A DNA stretch of 58,146 bases, counting the filler, from Squatina squatina (lineage: Eukaryota), in the NCBI GenBank assembly GCA_031763465.1. It is 3 parts of 3 records of this genome, joined end to end, with 100 filler letters (N's around TTAATTAATTAA, not from the genome) between each part and the next. Parts side by side here need not be neighbours in the genome. Positions count along the whole stretch, not along the records: positions 41,076 to 58,146 come from JARFOE010000234.1; 2 more parts are not named here. One strand, 5' to 3'. Shown here in pieces: positions 53,017 through 58,146 of the stretch (position 1 is its first letter; the number at the start of each line of letters is the position of its first letter). The notes below the pieces were generated by a model. The model did no database searches, was not told where the DNA came from, and saw only the letters and a program-made list of their open reading frames with translations. A program made the translations under genes and the position numbers.

Positions 53017-53716
53017 GGGGCCGGACATTGTGCGCTGCCGAGAAGTTCCGCCCCCCACAGTAAGTGCAATATCGCACGCTCCGCTTCCTTTTGGGGTGGG
53101 ATCTGGGGGGTTACCCAGGCGGATCGGGGGCCTCATTACCCAGATGAATCACAGAGCGCTATGAGGCCTCTCCACGTTCAATGCCCCTTCCCTCCTGTTA
53201 AAGGGGAGGGACGCTGCGAGCTCCGCAGGCCCTTTGACGGTCTCCGCTGGGCGACCGGGGACGCGGGGTGGCGTGGCAGCAGCTCGGCGCCGAAACGGAG
53301 TGCCGGGCTGCACGATCGCGGCCTGGGCCCCGCGATATTGCTGTGCAACGGCCCGACTGGTAAGTGGCTGAGCGCGCCTCCCCTTTTTACTTTTCAGCCC
53401 GCGATGGGCGTGCAACCCAATTCGCGTCCTGCGACGCTGGCGCAGGCGTAGCCTGTGGCGGACTCACGGGGTGCTGGCATATATCCACCGCGGGGCAAAA
53501 AAGGGGCCATCACGCACGCCAATGACATCATCGCTGGCACGGCGGCCCGGGGTGCTACCAGCAGAGGCGCGGCGCTACTGCATTCGTGTCTCCGCTAACC
53601 TCCGTGCAATTCCGTGGGAGCCGATAGCACCCCCGCCAGGCCAAAAACAGTTTTGCGCCCCGTTAGCGCCCCCGGAGGCGTTAATGGGAGGTGCACAACA
53701 GGGGAATTTCGGCCCC
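53017..53716 (-). mobile_element. GC/CpG-rich MITE-like element with terminal inverted repeats
   Basis: GGGGCCGGACATT at the left end and AATTTCGGCCCC at the right; subterminal hairpin gttagcgcc..ggcgttaa; 700 bp with no credible ORF. Confidence 0.75.
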
Positions 53717-54420
53717 GAAGTCTCTGCGTTTAATCGGGGAGCAACTCTTTACTGTTCACTCCTTTTAGGCCGCACGTTTTTTCTACAGTAAAAGCAAAGA
53801 AATGTGCCTAACAGTAGGTTGGTTAATTTTGTCTTATTTACATCTTTTCCTATTTTTACGAAATATCAGTACCAATCATTATTTTTGAGTTCTCAATATG
53901 AATACTCAATAAAAGAGAGGAAGCTTTGCAAACACTTAGGATACATTTATGGAAAGAAAGATTTCATTTCAAAATATAGCCTTTTTTTAAAGTTTCATTT
54001 GTCACACATGTACATGCTGAAGATAAAAAGAGGGACAGCAATCAGGGATCTAAAAGGGAGGGGAAAAAAAACTATTGACTGCAGCTGCATTTGACAAAAT
54101 TAAATTATAACTCTTTTTCTACTAGGTAATTTTTTACAATAATGGCAATTAGAAATAATTACTGATGAATTTTTGTTGTTGAATGTAATTATAAGGAAAT
54201 GAATTTTGAAGCTTTTAATAAAACTTAATGAATGATGCAACAACCTATATGCTGAAATGGAGTACAGGGAGCTAATTGGTTCATGCTTTAATAGGCTGAC
54301 GATCTGGTATTAATATTATTNNNNNNNNNNNNNNNNNNNNNNNNNNNNNNNNNNNNNNNNNNNNNNNNNNNNNNNNNNNNNNNNNNNNNNNNNNNNNNNN
54401 NNNNNNNNNNNNNNNNNNNN

Positions 54421-54700
54421 TGAGATTTCCTTTCCCATGTTGACAGTCAGCCATACACTCCTCTTCCTGTACCTTTACCTCTCTACATTAATTGACTGTG
54501 TTCTGGAGTAAACTTTTCCAATATTCCTCCCCCAGCTTGATGTGTTGGAGTGTCTCTATCTCATGCTCCAGCTCAACAACTTTGAACCAGATTGACTCAA
54601 GGAAAAGATATTTGCTGCAGGTGTGGTCATCCGAGGCAGTCTCTCTGTCCAAGATTTTCCACATTCTACAGTCCCAACACATGGCCTGTGCTGCCATTTT
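54421..54700 (-). mobile_element. CR1 LINE ORF1 N-terminus (zinc finger plus coiled coil), degenerate
   Basis: MAAQAMCWDCRMW...DHTCSKYLFLESIWFKVVELEHEIETLQHI: a CxxC...CxxC-derived finger followed by a leucine-zipper-like helix. Confidence 0.7.
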
Positions 54701-55069
54701 CTATTCTATATTTATTTATTTATTTAATGTTTATATTGCAGTTACTTATTAATCTCAAATGCTAACTGAATTGTCTTTAATGTTAAATTACTTTAATCTA
54801 CTGATCTGCTTCGTAAAATTATCATATTCTATCTGTTTACTTCTCTAAAGGATATTTATCCTACTAGGTCTACTTTCTTATTTATTTACATATTTGAAAT
54901 AGAAAGCTTGTTTTTTTCTCTTGCCCCTTATGTGTTATTTTGATGTTAATCAGTATATAGTTAAAATTTGACAATTAACTTAAATTCCTCTGGCTCCGCC
55001 GTTTCCCCACCTTTGCTGCCAATGATGACACTTTTTAAAATGTTTCCCTTTGTTTGCTTAGCTCTAGTT

Positions 55070-55274
55070 CCCCGCAACTGTATTAAGCTGCTCCGGGTCC
55101 CCTCCACTACTCTGCTGTCACTCGGTTCACCGCACTGTATTAAGCTGCTCTGGGTCCCCTCCAGTACTCTGCTGTCACTCGGTTCACCGCTCTGTATTAA
55201 TCTGCTCAGGTCCTCCCCAGTACTCTGCTTACATTTGGTTCCCCACACTGTATTAAGCTGCTCCGGGTCCCCCC
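55070..55274. repeat. 57 bp minisatellite, about 3.5 copies
   Basis: ctgtattaa(g/t)ctgctc recurs at 55078, 55135, 55192 and 55248. Confidence 0.95.
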
Positions 55275-56176
55275 TGCGATTTAAGAATGATAATACATCT
55301 TAGGGTTCAGATGTGGTCGATAAACTGCTTGAGCTCTGCTCTTACAGGTTATGATGTTATTGAAACCATTCGGTGTTTTACGACCTTGTAACACTCTTGA
55401 GCATATGTGTTATCCCACATATAAATCTAGCACTGCACGGCATTAAAATTACACAAACCTGGAGTTATGTCAAGGCTGCAATCTCATTTCCGGCTTGGAC
55501 AACATTTATCATCCACTCAAGCTTCTCTCTTATGGTTTACACATTATTTGAAGTCCTGGGTGAGATTACAACCTTGTAGTCATTGTGATGCATCCACTTG
55601 TAACGCATTCCAGACCATCTGCTGCGCCATGTCGAACCACCCAAACAGGTGTGCAAGTTTTAAGCAGTGACACTGNNNNNNNNNNNNNNNNNNNNNNNNN
55701 NNNNNNNNNNNNNNNNNNNNNNNNNNNNNNNNNNNNNNNNNNNNNNNNNNNNNNNNNNNNNNNNNNNNNNNNNNNGAGGGGGGAGGCGCCCCCTCTATTC
55801 TTGCAAGCTCCCAAGACACAGTCTATTAGCTTTTGATCTGTAAACAACCTCTCCACGTTTGAACAGCAAAAACTTTATCTTTTACCCAAAGCATTTGGGA
55901 TACAGCATTTGGTTTTCTGCTGATCTCCTGGTTTCCGCACACAGTCACTTTTCTTATCAGAATCTCATCACTTAAAGAGATCAGCGAAAGATTTACAATC
56001 CACAGATGGTTTTGAATTCCTTTCAGTGAAAGGTGCTAAAGTTTTACAAAGCATCCGACCCCATAGGGTCTGAGCCTGTTCAACTTGTTGCAGTCAGTAA
56101 CTTTCCACAGGGTTTGAGCCATTCTGGCCCAAAATATCCCATTTTCTCATTTTTGCAAATTAGCGTCCACCTTTCA

Positions 56177-56560
56177 TTACTGGGCGACAAGGGCTATCCG
56201 TTGAGGACATGGCTCATGATTCCAGTGCACAACCCATGCATACATGCACAGCAGGCATATAATGAGATCCATGCTGCGACATGAAAAGTGATAGCGCAGA
56301 CCATTGGCATTCTGAAGTAATGATTCCACTGCCTGGACCACACTGGAGCAGCCCTGCAGCACTCAGCTGTGCACGTCTCAAGATTTGTCATGCCACATGG
56401 TGCAGAAGCTTGTCATCATGAGGGAACAGTCCCTGCCACCACCTATCAAGTGAGAAGCTGATGGGCAGGAGCATGAGGAAGAGGAAGAGGCAGAAGAGGA
56501 GGAAGAGAGGCTGCAACCGAGAGAGCCCCTGTTTGCCCAGGCTCTACGTGAAAAACAGTC
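56177..56560 (+). pseudogene. PIF/Harbinger (HARBI1-like, DDE_Tnp_4) transposase C-terminal relic
   Basis: LLGDKGYPLRTWLMIPVHNP...QQAYNEIHAAT*KVIAQTIGILK**FHCLDHTGAALQHS, with in-frame stops and an acidic tail. Confidence 0.9.
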
Positions 56561-56716
56561 CCACACTCATTATCTTCCCTCTGTCACTGACCGTCACATC
56601 ATCCTCTTTCCCACAATGCAAAAATAAAAGCCAACACACAATACACATTCTAATCCAAATTTATCAATTAAATCATGCCATCGTGCTTACAAAAATAATC
56701 ACTCTTGTGCATTCCC

Positions 56717-57689
56717 TTAGTGTCTTTTCCATGTGCCTTTGCCTGTCATGGTGCGCCTATGAGGTGCTTCCCCAGTGACTACAGCATAGCTGGTGTAAGG
56801 CTGTTGACTTTTAGTGGAGAGGACTGCAGATGGTCTTGAAGGGCGACCTTGAGCAGCAGTGGGTCTAGAAGGCCTGGCGGCGGACTGCACCATCTCAGCC
56901 TGAGCTGCAGCAGTCTGGGCTAGCTGGCTGACAGGCAAGGGCACTGGCGGAGTGACAGTGGTGCAAGGACGAATGCTCTCATTCAGAGAGAGGACAGCAG
57001 TCTCGCTCTCCATGGACCCACTGCCACTCCCCTGGGGTGGTGCCTCAGCAATCCTAATAATCTGTTGGAGAGCAGATTGCTGGAGTGATATGTACAGTGG
57101 TTTCCAGAACCATGATGGCAGCAGTCTAAGCTTCTTGGGCAGCAAGCAGTGATTGCATGTCACCAGTCTGAGCTTCCACTGCAGCATTCAGACATGGATG
57201 CTGCTTGTGCTGCAATGAAAGCTGAGACATTGGCCATCAGATGCTGCATCAGGATTGGTTTTACAGTTGTGTTGATGGAGGTGGCAATCCGTTCCATGCT
57301 GGAAAGGAAGGGCTTCTAACTCTGCGCAAAGTCTTTTGCTAAATTGGTGCCGGACTCCTTCATCCTCTTTGATATTGCACACAGGCTTTCTGGCAGGCTT
57401 TCCAATGCATCAAACATTTGGATGTGTCAACTCATCAGCCTTCTTCTGTAGCTTGGCCATCGAAGTCATCATCTGAGTCCTCTGCAACAGAACTAGTGTG
57501 TGAATTCGCCTGCCGATAGCTGCCACCTGAGTTATCCTTTTCCCCCACCCTGGCTTCAGTGCACTTGTGCCCCATGTCTCACCACATGCAGATCCCGCCT
57601 CTATCCCACCCTCTTAAGTTTGCACAGTGTCTCTTTCTGAGTTGATGGTTCTTCCTTCACTGTCCATGCAGGTTACAGTTCTTGGATAC
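56717..57689 (-). pseudogene. Convergent second gene of the Harbinger element (probable Myb/SANT partner, 3' exon), degenerate
   Basis: Broken low-complexity ORFs facing the transposase, with a minus-strand acceptor ttttcctttcag at 57690. The Myb domain itself is not visible, so identity is inferred from position. Confidence 0.55.
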
Positions 57690-57719
57690 CTGAAAGGAAA
57701 AATGGACAAGGGCATAGCT

Positions 57720-57892
57720 ATACAAAGCCCAGGAGTGCTGTGAGCATTTCTGGGCACCACACCTTTGAAGGATATATTGGTCTTGGAGCGAATGCAGCGT
57801 AAGTTTACCAGAATGATACCTGGGCTCCAGGGGTTAAATTACGAGGAGAGATTACACAAACTAGGGTTGTATTCCCTAGAATTTAGAAGGTT
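57720..57892 (+). mobile_element. CR1 LINE ORF2 fragment
   Basis: KDILVLERMQRKFTRMIPGLQGLNYEERLHKLGLYSLEFRRL. Confidence 0.9.
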
Positions 57893-58146
57893 ACCCAGCT
57901 CAGAGACCGGCGGCAGAGTTGGAGGTGACGTCACGATTCAAAAAGTGACGCGAGCAAGAGGAAGCAGCTGATTGGTGAGTAACCCCAGGTTTGTATTTCT
58001 GCTTTTTGATAGTACTTTAAGTTAAAGGTACAGTACTTTTTAGTTAAAGGTACAGTTTAAAAGATTAAGATTTTATAAAGTGGGAGTGATCTGATTTGAT
58101 TTAATTTAATTTAAGGGTAAGTCATGTCAGTTGAGATCGGCCCCGT

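Noticed and set aside
55070-55274. CRISPR-like array
   Set aside because: The whole unit repeats with no unique spacers, there are no cas genes, and the context is vertebrate.

Overview
This is vertebrate genomic DNA from a gappy draft assembly, most likely a shark or other cartilaginous fish, judging by its CR1/L2/RTE LINEs, SacSINE1/DeuSINE-type SINEs and Harbinger relics. It is three separate pieces joined by artificial N44-TTAATTAATTAA-N44 linkers at 25074-25173 and 40976-41075. Piece 1 (1-25073) carries the conserved cluster AFF4(+, 3' exons and long 3'UTR), SHROOM1(+, a 2.6 kb coding exon with ASD1 and an ASD2 exon), SOWAHA(-, ankyrin repeats) and SEPTIN8(+, two exons). Piece 2 (25174-40975) is mostly SNX29 intron, with a coiled-coil exon and a PX-domain exon. 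Piece 3 (41076-58146) has no recognisable host exon; it holds Harbinger transposase and partner-gene relics, GC-rich MITE-like elements, CR1 fragments and enhancer-like unique sequence. Many 100-N gaps hide expected exons, so distances are unreliable. Gene names rest on my recall of the human proteins plus synteny, not on a database search. I cannot support a new biological system here. The best leads are a frameshift with a missing segment in SOWAHA, a ~845 bp-spaced direct repeat around the septin P-loop exon next to a gap, no visible LEAP2/UQCRQ/GDF9 between AFF4 and SHROOM1, and a CpG-rich MITE family with a shared subterminal hairpin.
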